Shown: positions 47,136 through 56,396 of the stretch, piece after piece
Layout: each line of letters begins with the position of its first letter
Position numbering within the stretch: the stretch's first letter is position 1
Origin: Candidatus Amesbacteria bacterium RIFCSPLOWO2_01_FULL_48_25
Lineage (GTDB): Bacteria; Patescibacteriota; Microgenomatia; CAZETR01; Amesbacteraceae
Length of the DNA stretch: 64,000 bases
Direction: 5' to 3'
Assembly (NCBI GenBank): GCA_001773695.1
Contig: MEXN01000005.1
Location: 139,316-203,315, forward strand
Made by a program: the position numbers and the translations under genes
The notes under the pieces: model-generated
The model's database searches: none
Told to the model about the DNA's origin: nothing
The model's input: the letters and a program-made list of their open reading frames with translations, nothing else

Positions 47136-47775
47136 TTTGGACGGAAGTGATGGAGACGGGAGAGACTGGTTGGGAATTTTCTCCGAAGCGGTTGGCTGAA
47201 ACCTCGGCGGTGGCGATTTTGTCGACGACTTCGAGGCCTGCAGTTACTTTCCCGAAAATGACATAGTTTTTGGGCAGAGGATAGTCGGCGTGCATGATGA
47301 AAAACTGGGAGCCATTGGTGTTGGGACCGGAGTTGGCCATGGCGACGGTGCCGCGGGAATATTCGCCCGTTATGGGCTCGTCGGCAAATTTGTAGCCCGG
47401 TCCCCCACTCCCATCACCGTTGGGATCGCCGCCCTGGATCATAAAGCCCTTGATCACTCGGTGAAAGATGGTTTTGTCGTAGAAGTTTTTGCGGGCGAGG
47501 GAAATAAAATTATTGACAGTGATGGGTGTATCTTTGGCATTTAAGGAGATGATAATTGGGCCGGTGGAAGTTTGGAGAACGGCTGTGTAGGACTTTTGGG
47601 CGTCGATTTGCATGGCGGGTGGGCCGGATGTGGGTTGAGGAGTGGGGTCAAGCATGGGTGTGGGGTTGGGAAGTGATTGTATAGTATCGGGGGCGGGTTT
47701 GGAAAGCCAGAAATAAGACCCGGTGAGGACGGCTACTAAAATTAGAGAAGTTATGATCCAAGCAGTTTTAGTCAT
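47116..47775 (-). CDS. Cyclophilin-type PPIase, membrane-anchored (second copy)
   Basis: HRVIKGFMIQGGDPNGDGSGGPGYKF. N-terminal TM plus Pro-rich linker. Confidence 0.8.
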   Translation of the reverse strand: MTKTAWIITSLILVAVLTGSYFWLSKPAPDTIQSLPNPTPMLDPTPQPTSGPPAMQIDAQKSYTAVLQTSTGPIIISLNAKDTPITVNNFISLARKNFYDKTIFHRVIKGFMIQGGDPNGDGSGGPGYKFADEPITGEYSRGTVAMANSGPNTNGSQFFIMHADYPLPKNYVIFGKVTAGLEVVDKIATAEVSANRFGENSQPVSPVSITSVQINEEKI

Positions 47776-48447
47776 TTAGAGAGTGGTGCGGGCGTTGTGG
47801 ATTGAGCCGGCGCCCAGGATGCGCCAGGATTTTTTTATTTTAACATAAGCGGTATTTTCGTCGATGCCGATAATTTTTCCAATTTTGGGTAGGTTTTTTT
47901 TGACAAGCTCGATTTGTTCCGGGTTGAAATAATGGGGGATTTCGTTGAAATGGGGAATTAGACCGAAGTTGACTAGATTTAGACCCGGTTCCCAGGGTAG
48001 GACTTCCCCTTTTTTGTCAAAGGCGTAAACCCGAGCCCAAACTGAATTACCTATGACCATGGCACCGGCTGAAGCTGCTGCCAGAGTGGCCCCGGATTTG
48101 AACTTATTTAATATTACTTTCCAGGCGGGAGAACCTTTGAGGGTGTCTAACAGATGGCCGGGATCGCCGCCTGAGAAATAGAAAAAATTAAAATTGGTTA
48201 GATGGTTACTTAGTTCATTGTTCATAGCATCCTTGCGATTGAGTAGGTGGATGCCGGTGGCGGTGGCCCCGAGTTTTTTGAAATGAGCTATGCCGTCGTT
48301 TATCCATTTTTGGAAGTCGGGCTCGAGGCCGGCGGCGGTGGGAAGAATGGCGATTTTGGGATTTTTGGTCTGAGAAATCAGGAATTTATCAACCTCGTTG
48401 CCGGCAGGGGTAAATTCTCCCGATCCAATTAAAGCTAAAATTCCCAT
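47776..48447 (-). CDS. Peptidase S51 (dipeptidase E / cyanophycinase-like) family protein
   Basis: Type-1 glutamine-amidotransferase-like fold cues: IAILPTAAG, FYFSGGDPGHL, AASAGAMV (nucleophile Ser). Confidence 0.5.
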   Translation of the reverse strand: MGILALIGSGEFTPAGNEVDKFLISQTKNPKIAILPTAAGLEPDFQKWINDGIAHFKKLGATATGIHLLNRKDAMNNELSNHLTNFNFFYFSGGDPGHLLDTLKGSPAWKVILNKFKSGATLAAASAGAMVIGNSVWARVYAFDKKGEVLPWEPGLNLVNFGLIPHFNEIPHYFNPEQIELVKKNLPKIGKIIGIDENTAYVKIKKSWRILGAGSIHNARTTL

Positions 48448-48464
48448 GTTACAATTCTAACATC

Positions 48465-49490
48465 ATGATTGATACGGTGGTGTGCCCGAATTGCGGAAAG
48501 GAAGTGGAGATTTCGGAAGCCTTGTCGCACGAGATGATGGAGAAAATTAAGCAGACGGAGAGGATGAAATATGAAGCAGAAATGAGAATAAGAAGCAAGA
48601 AATATATTGATGAGTTGGCGCAAAAAGAAAAAGATTTGAGGGAGTTGAAGCGAAAGGACGAAGAGCGGAGTTTGGAAATGGAGAAAAAACTATCGCAAGT
48701 CGAGGATAAAATGAGATTGGAAGCGAAAAAGAAAGCAGAAGAAGAGCAGAATCTTAAAGTTTTGGAGTTGCAAAAACAGCTGACGGACGCGCTTAAAGTC
48801 AATGACGAATTGAAGCATAAGCTGCAACAAGGATCACAGCAAACACAGGGAGAGGTGTTGGAGTTGGAGTTGGAGCAAATGCTGAAACGGGAGTTTCCCA
48901 ATGACAAGATTTCCGAAGTGGCTAAAGGGATGCGGGGGGCGGACGTAGTACAGGAAGTGTTTGAAAAGACTGGCAAAAGGACGGGGGTAGTTTTGTGGGA
49001 AAGTAAAAACGCCAAGTGGAGTGAGGGATGGATTGACAAACTGCGTGAGGACATGCGGCGGCTGAATGCCAACGAGGCAGTTCTGGTGTCGGTGGAATTA
49101 CCACGGGAGATTGGCACTTTTGGATTTTATAAGGGAGTGTGGGTGACTGGTCGGGTGAGTATGGTGGGGTTGGCTTGGGCGTTGCGGAAGAATTTTTGGG
49201 AGGTATTTAAACAAAACCGGCAAAATGAGGGTAAGAAGGAAAAGGCTGAGGAAGTTTATGAATATGTAAATAGTTTGGAATTTGGACACAGAGTGGAAAG
49301 CATTGTGGAAGCGTTTAATAACTTAAATGAAGATTTGGAAAAGGAAAAGAGGTGGTTTGGCTTGAAGTGGGCTAGACAGGAAAAAGAAATCCGAAAGATA
49401 ATGGATAGTACGGCCGGGATGTATGGGGAATTGCAGGGGGTAACTGGACGGGCTTTGCCGGAAATTAAGGCTCTGGAGTCGGGGGAATGA
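48465..49490 (+). CDS. DUF2130-like protein (N-terminal zinc ribbon, coiled coil, C-terminal nuclease-like domain)
   Basis: VCPNCGKEVEI ribbon, long Lys/Glu coiled coil, C-terminal FPNDKISEVAKGMRGADVVQEV...GVVLWESKNAKWSEGWIDKLRED pattern recalled for DUF2130. Confidence 0.5.
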   Translation: MIDTVVCPNCGKEVEISEALSHEMMEKIKQTERMKYEAEMRIRSKKYIDELAQKEKDLRELKRKDEERSLEMEKKLSQVEDKMRLEAKKKAEEEQNLKVLELQKQLTDALKVNDELKHKLQQGSQQTQGEVLELELEQMLKREFPNDKISEVAKGMRGADVVQEVFEKTGKRTGVVLWESKNAKWSEGWIDKLREDMRRLNANEAVLVSVELPREIGTFGFYKGVWVTGRVSMVGLAWALRKNFWEVFKQNRQNEGKKEKAEEVYEYVNSLEFGHRVESIVEAFNNLNEDLEKEKRWFGLKWARQEKEIRKIMDSTAGMYGELQGVTGRALPEIKALESGE

Positions 49491-50594
49491 CTTGGTAGAC
49501 GACCCCCTTCTTGTCGTCGGAGACATATAAATTCCCAGAAGAGTCGAAGATGAGATCAACTGGACGGCCTAAAGCCCCAGCCAGAGGCTGGTCGGCCTTT
49601 GGCTCGAAGCCGGTGATAAAGTCTGTAATTTGTTTAGTTTTCGGATCGATGATGACTATTTTGTAGCCGGTGGGCGGGTTTCTGTTCCAGGAACCGTGGT
49701 ACGCGACTAAAAGTTTGCCTCGATAATTTTGAGGCCAGCTGTCGGGGATAAAAGCTAGTCCCAAGGGAGCGGAGTGGGCGGGGAGGTCGATAAAGCTGGG
49801 TTTCTCGAGCGGCTCTTGGCAAGGATTTCTGATGTAGGTGTTTTTGTCGAAGTTGGTGTCGTGAATGTTTTGGCCGTAGCAGATGGGCCAGCCATAATTC
49901 CCCTCCCCAATAATATTGATTTCGTCGGGGGGGGTGTCGTTGCCGATTAGATCGCGACCCATGTCCGTGGCCCAGATATTTTTTTGAGAATCAAGAGTCA
50001 TGAAGACTGAATTTCGTAATCCAGTAGCGAAGGAGCGAAAACTTGAACCGTCTAAGTTTGAGACGTAGATGGCGGCACGGTGAGGATCTGGTTCATGACA
50101 AACATTGCAACTTGACCCAATTGAGATGTATAGCTGATTGTCTTTGACCAAGAGTGAGCGGGTGACATGGTTTCCCCCTTCCGGTAAATCCAAGATTTTT
50201 TTGCCGTCGATTGTCACCTTGTCTTCTTCGGCGATGTAGAGATGTCCATTTGTATAAGCTAGTCCGTGGGGCCGGTTGAGGCCAGAGACAATAATTTTTT
50301 TGTCGGGTAGAAGTACCACTTGTCCCCTACTGGGAATGCTAACTAGTAAGTTTCCTGTTGGATCAAATTCAAGGTCGCGAGGGTTGCCTAAATCGGAGGC
50401 AAAAATAGAAATCGAGAAACCTTTTGGCAGGCTCAGAGGCAGGCCGGTGGAATTTATACCCGGAGATTGTGTTGAGGTAGGAATAGCTGGTGCCGGTAAA
50501 ATTGCAGGCTTGAGACCGCGGAGATTTTGCCAGTAGAAGTTGACTAGCCAAACTAGAGGGATAATTATAGCGGCGGACAGGATAATTTTTTTCA
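49465..50594 (-). CDS. PQQ-dependent sugar dehydrogenase (GSDH / sorbosone dehydrogenase family beta-propeller); start reassigned to GTG 3 nt after tRNA-Arg
   Basis: LNRPHGLAYTNGHLYIAE, GGNHVTRSL, PDEINIIGEGNYGWP, HGSWNR. The ORF-track TTG start (50628) lies inside the tRNA-Arg. (V)KKIILSAAIIIPLVWL signal follows the GTG. Confidence 0.7.
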
Positions 50595-50597
50595 CTT

Positions 50598-50670
50598 GTG
50601 CCCCCGAGAGGAATCGAACCTCTATCAACTGTTCCGAAGACAGTTACTCTATCCGTTGAGCTACGAGGGC
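50598..50670 (-). tRNA. tRNA-Arg(TCG)
   Basis: GCCCTCG-TA-GCTC-AACGGATA-GAGT-A-ACTGT-CTTCGGA-ACAGT-TGATA-GAGGT-TCGATTC-CTCTC-GGGGGC-A. Confidence 0.85.
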
Positions 50671-50713
50671 GAATGAAATGAGCCAAGTAGCCAATGGATT
50701 AGCCGAAGGCGCT

Positions 50714-50732
50714 TCCGTTGAGCTACGAGGGC
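50714..50732. repeat. 19-bp direct duplicate of the tRNA-Arg 5' end (partial pseudo-tRNA), 43 bp upstream of the intact tRNA
   Basis: tccgttgagctacgagggc occurs at about 50652-50670 (tRNA) and about 50714-50732. Confidence 0.6.
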
Positions 50733-50744
50733 AGTAGGTAAATT

Positions 50745-51242
50745 TTAACATTTGAGGCTCGCTTTGGCTTTGTGGAGACTAGATTTAACCCCACCTGGGG
50801 TGGTATCGAGTATCTGGGCAATTTGTTCGATTGGGACAGGTTCTGACTGAAAATACCTGAGGTTGATGGCCAGTTGCTGTCTAGGTGGAAGTTTTGATAT
50901 AGCTTCATGGAGGCGGTTTGTTTGATCACGCTCTTCTATTACTCGCTCAGGTGAGGGGGCGGTAAGTTGGTTTTCTAGGTCGTCTAGCGAGAGAGAAGAA
51001 GCGTGTCTGTAAGCTGATCTTCTTAAATAATCGGCCCATCTAGATCGGACTTTCATTCCAAGGAGGGCTCTGGCTTGGGGATCGGTGGTGTAGATGAATT
51101 CGGAGACAAGTAGTTCGAGCATAATTTCGGCGACTAAATCGTCGGCAAAAAAAGCATCTCTCCCTATCAAAGATCGAGCATAACGGTAGGCATAAGGATA
51201 CATCTCGTTGAAGAGACGTTCTGTGTCTTTGTGACTGGCCAC
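50745..51242 (-). CDS. ECF-type RNA polymerase sigma factor (sigma-70 regions 2 and 4)
   Basis: C-terminal LPPRQQLAINLRYFQSEPVPIEQIAQILDTTPGGVKSSLHKAKASL region-4 HTH. N-terminal region-2-like helices. Confidence 0.7.
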   Translation of the reverse strand: MASHKDTERLFNEMYPYAYRYARSLIGRDAFFADDLVAEIMLELLVSEFIYTTDPQARALLGMKVRSRWADYLRRSAYRHASSLSLDDLENQLTAPSPERVIEERDQTNRLHEAISKLPPRQQLAINLRYFQSEPVPIEQIAQILDTTPGGVKSSLHKAKASLKC

Positions 51243-51318
51243 GGCTGGGAGTATAACTCTATATAGTGTAAAATTACAGAGGGTGTGGTGGTTGTAGTCC
51301 TGGTGCTATAATAGCTTT

Positions 51319-51573
51319 ATGTCGGAAGTCGAGTTTCAAGGTCGGATGGTATCAGTAAAGGCTTTGAATGTGTCCAGGGCTTTATTGGATATGGCAATTT
51401 ATTGGGGCGATGCCACATTGGAGGATCCGTATTTGCACAGAAAGGGGCGCCGGGTGTCGGTGGCTAGATTTGTAGGTGGAGATGGGAGAATAGATTTGGA
51501 TAAAATTGCCTTGACGAGTCCTGAGTTTGCAGGCAAGCTGAAGGGGGCCGGGCTAAAGAGATCCGAGCGGTAG
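51319..51573 (+). CDS. Hypothetical small protein divergent from the sigma factor
   Basis: 84-aa ORF, TATAAT-like element upstream, no motif. Confidence 0.3.
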   Translation: MSEVEFQGRMVSVKALNVSRALLDMAIYWGDATLEDPYLHRKGRRVSVARFVGGDGRIDLDKIALTSPEFAGKLKGAGLKRSER

Positions 51574-51610
51574 AGAGGACTGGGTTAGAGTGTAGTAAAA
51601 TTGGTATAGG

Positions 51611-51683
51611 TGGTGGTTGTAGTTCAACAGTAGAACGCTAGGTTGTGGACCTAGAGGTCGCGGGGGCAGCACCCGTCAACCAC
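51611..51683 (+). tRNA. tRNA-His(GTG) with encoded G-1; non-canonical T-loop (GGCAGCA) and D-loop lacking GG
   Basis: G(-1)-GTGGTTG-TA-GTTC-AACAGTA-GAAC-G-CTAGG-TTGTGGA-CCTAG-AGGTC-GCGGG-GGCAGCA-CCCGT-CAACCAC-C. Good stems; anticodon loop U33/A37-like context. Confidence 0.55.
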
Positions 51684-51866
51684 CCAGATCGTTTGTTCTT
51701 ATGCTATTCTTGATACGTGAAGGAGGCAATTGATGGGATAAGGAGCGGATTGGAGGTGATGTGGGAAAATATCGTTGTTCTGAATGTGTTTGGGATTGGC
51801 GACGTGACCAGGTTCGTTCATGGATTGATGGCAAGGTTGGGTAGAAATCAGAAGGGATAGCGGATG

Positions 51867-52865
51867 TTATTTCCTTCTCTCTTCGGTTTCTTCGGTTTCG
51901 ACTTTGCCGATCTGGTCGAATTCGTGGTAGCGGGATTTGGACAATTCGTCTTTGGCCCAATCCCACACCTCTTTTTTTGTAATACTGGCTACTCCTATAA
52001 CGGTGTCGGCTCCTCCGTAATAGACCCAGTAGTTGCCGTCGTCTTCGATGACGCCGCAAGTAAAAACGACATTATTTACCCGTCCCTGTTTTTCCCATGA
52101 CGTTTCTGGTTCTAGGACCGGCTCTGCCGTTCGCCCTATTACTAAGCTTGGATCATGCAGATCTAATAGCGCAACACCTAGGCGGTAAACTTTGTTTCTA
52201 TCCACGCCGTGATAAAACAAAACCCAGCCATAAGGGCATCTGATTGGCGGGGCTCCTACTCCAACTTTGACCTCATCCCACATATTTTCCCTGGGCCCAA
52301 ATACCGGCCCTCTCTCTTTATACCTGCGGCCGTCGGTGGATATGGAAATCCGGACGTGGGGGAGGACTCGATGTAGAAGGCAAAAATTTCCATCGATCTT
52401 TTCGGGGAACAGGGCTGCATCTTTGCTGTCGATATGGCTGATGATCACTCCATATCTGGACCAACTGGAAAAGTCTGACGTTTTAGATAAACTTACCCGG
52501 ACCCGCCAGTCTGACCCTCTGGGATGAGCTGGAATAGCCATTAAAGTCGGGTATTTTGAAGCCGCAACATACAGCATGAAGTATTCGTTATCGATTCGGG
52601 TGACGCGCGGATCTTCCACTCCCATACTTTCGTATTCACTGTCCGGATCCGGTTCGAAAACAGGTTCAGGTTTCCTCTCTGCGATTTCTGTTGGTGAACT
52701 TAATTTTACTATTCCCAACCTAGATACTCCATCTTCTCCCTGGGCCCGGTACACAAGGTGGATATTTCCGCGCCATTGGGAGGCCGCAGGGTTGAATACT
52801 GCTTTGTTTTCCCAAGGTTTTCCCGTTGATGTCAGAATTGGATTTTCGTGTCTGATTAGCTTCAT
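51867..52865 (-). CDS. GH130 family glycoside phosphorylase/hydrolase (beta-mannoside-acting family)
   Basis: NPAASQWRGNIHLVYRA, GVEDPRVT, DKDAALFPEKIDG, YYGGAD. Confidence 0.75.
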   Translation of the reverse strand: MKLIRHENPILTSTGKPWENKAVFNPAASQWRGNIHLVYRAQGEDGVSRLGIVKLSSPTEIAERKPEPVFEPDPDSEYESMGVEDPRVTRIDNEYFMLYVAASKYPTLMAIPAHPRGSDWRVRVSLSKTSDFSSWSRYGVIISHIDSKDAALFPEKIDGNFCLLHRVLPHVRISISTDGRRYKERGPVFGPRENMWDEVKVGVGAPPIRCPYGWVLFYHGVDRNKVYRLGVALLDLHDPSLVIGRTAEPVLEPETSWEKQGRVNNVVFTCGVIEDDGNYWVYYGGADTVIGVASITKKEVWDWAKDELSKSRYHEFDQIGKVETEETEERRK

Positions 52866-52875
52866 TGTTTTTAGA

Positions 52876-53817
52876 TTAGCTGGTCACTTCTTCTAATGCA
52901 ATATGAGCTATAACAAAGCTTAGCACTGCTTCAGCTCCCTCGTTTAAACTGCAGCCTTGTGGACTAAAGCCGTCTCTTATACCTCCGGTTCGGCTGTCGA
53001 TAAGCTTCTCACCTATAATGTTGCGTCCGGAATACCACTGCCAGGCTTTGTGTGCCCAGTCTAAGTACTTTTTGTCTTTGGTGGTAGAATAGGCTACCGC
53101 ACAGGCTTCCACAATGCTGCCTGCTTCTACCGGCTGTTGATCAAATTCGGCTTTTGCTTCGCCTTTTTTCCACCATCCGGTCTGGCCGACAAAACTGAAA
53201 CAGTTTTTTTGTTTACTCCACAATTTGTCGATTAACCAGTCGAGGGTTTTTCGTCCAACTTCCTCATAACCGGTTATAAACAAAGCATGAGGTAAACGGC
53301 CATTATCGTAATATAAACCCGGCTCAAACCATTCCCAGTCATCAGACCGATATTTTTTCCAGGCGGCGACTAGTTTATCCGTCATATGTGGTACCCCGGC
53401 TATTGCTAACTGTGCAATTGTCCTGGGCGAAGTGACTTTGTCAAACTGCGATTTGGCTGCATCCCAAATTTGCCGACACACCATTTTTTCATTGCGGTCG
53501 CCGGACTTGATTCCCCGACCTGCTGCCACCACTGCTCGCCCAAACCATTCCCCCAATCCAGGCTTGTCTACCCACTGTCCAAGTATGTCCATTTCGTTAT
53601 GAAATCCACTAACATTTGCTGCCCTGCGTAAGAAATCCAGATAAATCTTGCGAGGTTGTCCTAATTTCAACATCACCTGATATGCCCGAGCGTTGTCGTC
53701 CGTGGTGTAACCCTCCGCAATGTCTGGTTTACCCAACTTAGCATGCTCTAATATGCCCGTCTTGTCGGTCATTTTGCGAATGTACGACAAGGTCAGATCA
53801 AGGTTTATTGAGGGCAT
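52876..53817 (-). CDS. Putative six-hairpin (alpha/alpha-toroid) glycosidase-like protein, family unassigned
   Basis: Helical, Trp-rich (WWKKGE, AWQWYSG). Context between GH130 and GT4. Weak. Confidence 0.3.
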   Translation of the reverse strand: MPSINLDLTLSYIRKMTDKTGILEHAKLGKPDIAEGYTTDDNARAYQVMLKLGQPRKIYLDFLRRAANVSGFHNEMDILGQWVDKPGLGEWFGRAVVAAGRGIKSGDRNEKMVCRQIWDAAKSQFDKVTSPRTIAQLAIAGVPHMTDKLVAAWKKYRSDDWEWFEPGLYYDNGRLPHALFITGYEEVGRKTLDWLIDKLWSKQKNCFSFVGQTGWWKKGEAKAEFDQQPVEAGSIVEACAVAYSTTKDKKYLDWAHKAWQWYSGRNIIGEKLIDSRTGGIRDGFSPQGCSLNEGAEAVLSFVIAHIALEEVTS

Positions 53818-54982
53818 GTTGCATTAAGTGATAGTACTGGTGGCCAACATAATACCAGGTCATTGTCCGGCCTAGGTCATAAGCTTTCCCTTCGCATTCG
53901 ACTCGGCTTTGTTTATCCTTCCACGTTTCTATTACTGTCCGGGCGATGGCTTCGCTATCTGCAAATGGAACCAGCTTACCGCAACCTAAGTCAAACATTT
54001 CCCGGGCGTACAAATAGGGGGTGGAGATACAGGCTTTGCCTGCTCCTATGGCGTAGGCTAATGAACCCGATGCTGCTTGCTGCGGGTCCAAGTAGGGAGT
54101 GATATATAAATCGCTTGCAGCCACATATTTGATTAGTGTTTGGAGTGGTAAGTACTTGTTTACGAATCTGACGTGTCGGCCCAGATTCAGATCTTTGGCC
54201 ATTTTTTTGAGTTTGTGGCGGTACTTTTCTCCCTCGGTTAGTTTGACTACCGGGTGAGTTTCTCCGACCACTAAATACACAATTTCGGGAATTTCCTTGA
54301 TAATTTCAGGCATGGCGGCAATTACGTACTCAATACCTTTGGAAGAACTGACCAAATTGGCGCTGGTCATGACGACCTTTCCATAGAGACCGAGTTTCTT
54401 TTTTCCATTTGTAAATCTGGGAAAGTCCGGTACTCCATGGGGAATGACCACTACTTTACGTCGGTCAACTTTGTACTTATTGACCAACATTTCTCTGGCT
54501 GTCTCCAGCATAACTATCAAGTAATTGGCTTTATGGCCTATGCGCCTTATTATTTCTTTCATTTTCGGCGTCGGCTTTTCCAAAACGGTGTGCAAGGTAG
54601 CTATCACCGGTTTTTGGAGCTTTTCCATAAATTCTAAAATTAGATTTCCGCTCTCCCCTCCAAAAATGCCGAATTCATGCTGGATGACTACTATGTCTAC
54701 TTCCCCGGTCTCGTTTACATATTTGACCACCTCGTCGTAATCGTCTTTTACTTCCTGACCTATCCTGAATCTGACTTCATGTGGGTACCTTAAAATCTCG
54801 GTGATTTTATTGTCCATGGCAGCGATCTGAGCCAGGGCCAGCGGGTTTAGGAGATTGATGGCGTTGGTCAGATCTTTAGTAAATGTCGCTATACCGCACT
54901 TTCTGGGAATATATGTCGAGACGTATAGGGCTTTTATCGGCTGAGTAAGTTTTTTCAGGCTAATCATCTTTCTCTTTGACAT
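53798..54982 (-). CDS. Glycosyltransferase family 4 (GT-B, group 1)
   Basis: Typical GT4 C-terminal domain (sugar-nucleotide-binding E/K-rich region); 394 aa. Confidence 0.75.
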   Translation of the reverse strand: MSKRKMISLKKLTQPIKALYVSTYIPRKCGIATFTKDLTNAINLLNPLALAQIAAMDNKITEILRYPHEVRFRIGQEVKDDYDEVVKYVNETGEVDIVVIQHEFGIFGGESGNLILEFMEKLQKPVIATLHTVLEKPTPKMKEIIRRIGHKANYLIVMLETAREMLVNKYKVDRRKVVVIPHGVPDFPRFTNGKKKLGLYGKVVMTSANLVSSSKGIEYVIAAMPEIIKEIPEIVYLVVGETHPVVKLTEGEKYRHKLKKMAKDLNLGRHVRFVNKYLPLQTLIKYVAASDLYITPYLDPQQAASGSLAYAIGAGKACISTPYLYAREMFDLGCGKLVPFADSEAIARTVIETWKDKQSRVECEGKAYDLGRTMTWYYVGHQYYHLMQHALNKP

Positions 54983-56357
54983 TATAAACCTTCCAGTCTG
55001 TGGATGAGTAAATTGTTGGGTAGGGCATGATTTGGGTCGTTATGATGTAGTTTATGCCGTATTCTGTTATGAGTTTGTTAATTTTTTTACTGTCTAGATT
55101 GTAGTAGTCTGTAAGACGCTGTTGTCTTTTGGCCCACTCAAGGGCGAGTTTTCGCGAATAGAGGGAATCGCCGCCTTCCTTGCGCTCGACTACGACCGAA
55201 CGCTGGCTAAAGAAACGAAACCCAGAAATTTCCGGAGGGACGAGAAATAGACTATCTGTTGGGGTATTAGTTTTGGCCCAGAGGGCCGAATTTACATAAC
55301 CGGCTGGGGGCGTGTAAGCATAGCTCTTTTCATCCGATTTGTTTTTTAGAGTTAGCAGAATTGACGCGATTGATAAAACAATTACTACTGATGTAAGTAA
55401 TTTTTTGTTGATCCTTGAAGTTAAGGTTTTGGCGGTATAAAGAATGAGAAAGATAAAAACCAAATATAGGTTTCGTGTGAGTTGAAGCTCTAAGCCTAAA
55501 TGAATTGATAACAGATCCGAAATGATGTTTATCAGAAATAATAAGTAAGAAGTGAAAACGGCGGTGACGGCTACGGGATGGATTTTTTTGAGGTAAATAA
55601 AGAAAAGAGGAATTAGGGCAGTGGCCACTTGCCATTTCCATGACCACGTTCGGGCAAATATATAAGGCATGCGGGAGACTAGTATTTCGCGCCAAGCGGG
55701 ATCGACAAAGAAGGGATTTGAAGATTGAGATAAATAGTAGCTGATTGCCCAGGGAAGTGATAGTAGAGAAATCCCGAAGAGCCAATATAATATTTTTGGT
55801 GGTTTGAAGTAACCGGTTAGCGTGAGTATCCCTAGAATAAGTGGGTACGGGATGAGAGTTAGGGGGTGGAAGAGAAAGCCGATTACGGCGGGCAAGATCG
55901 AGAGACGAAACCTTTTTTTGAGTAGGAGGTAAACAGAGATCAGTAAGAAAACGTCGCCTAAGAATCTGGGCATTAGAGAAGCTTCGACAGTGTTGATGCT
56001 GCTTTGGGCTACCGGAAATGGGTAAATGAATAAAAATAACGATAACCAAATAGTCTTTTTGTCGAAACCTAAAGCCTGTCCGATTTTGAAAATGACCCGA
56101 TAGAATGCGAAGAGGGTTATAACGTAAATGCCTAAGGCTGACAGTTCTTGGGAGTGGGTTAGTTGGGTGGTGAAATTGACAAAACTGGGAAATAGAGTGG
56201 GAGATAACTTATGTGTGGCTAGCAGATAATCTCTGGGGTAAAGGGAGGGACTTTTTTGATAATTGGCGTAAATTAGATAATGGATTTGGTTGCCCTGGCC
56301 ATACTGGTAACCGCGAATGAACATCGAAAAAATAGTGAATAAGAATATTAAAAACAT
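54960..56357 (-). CDS. Polytopic membrane protein, GT-C-like glycosyltransferase (putative) with C-terminal extracytoplasmic domain
   Basis: About 11 TM segments followed by a roughly 120-aa soluble C-terminus; sits in the carbohydrate cluster. Confidence 0.3.
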   Translation of the reverse strand: MFLIFLFTIFSMFIRGYQYGQGNQIHYLIYANYQKSPSLYPRDYLLATHKLSPTLFPSFVNFTTQLTHSQELSALGIYVITLFAFYRVIFKIGQALGFDKKTIWLSLFLFIYPFPVAQSSINTVEASLMPRFLGDVFLLISVYLLLKKRFRLSILPAVIGFLFHPLTLIPYPLILGILTLTGYFKPPKILYWLFGISLLSLPWAISYYLSQSSNPFFVDPAWREILVSRMPYIFARTWSWKWQVATALIPLFFIYLKKIHPVAVTAVFTSYLLFLINIISDLLSIHLGLELQLTRNLYLVFIFLILYTAKTLTSRINKKLLTSVVIVLSIASILLTLKNKSDEKSYAYTPPAGYVNSALWAKTNTPTDSLFLVPPEISGFRFFSQRSVVVERKEGGDSLYSRKLALEWAKRQQRLTDYYNLDSKKINKLITEYGINYIITTQIMPYPTIYSSTDWKVYNVKEKDD

Positions 56358-56396
56358 GAGAGAAAGTTCAAACCGGCAGGAGATTTTTATTTTTGG

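Noticed and set aside
50595-50628. TTG start near 50628 for the PQQ dehydrogenase ORF
   Set aside because: It lies inside tRNA-Arg(TCG). The GTG 3 nt after the tRNA fits the MKKII-type signal peptide.
51284-51301. 14-15-nt match (gtggtggttgtagt) to the tRNA-His 5' end about 325 bp upstream of the tRNA
   Set aside because: Several chance 14-mer repeats are expected in 64 kb on both strands. Unlike the 19-mer tRNA-Arg duplicate, it is not statistically convincing.
51676-52059. Arg-rich 127-aa minus-strand ORF
   Set aside because: Overlaps the GH130 gene 3' region and intergenic DNA. Its composition (poly-R) is typical of an out-of-frame reading.
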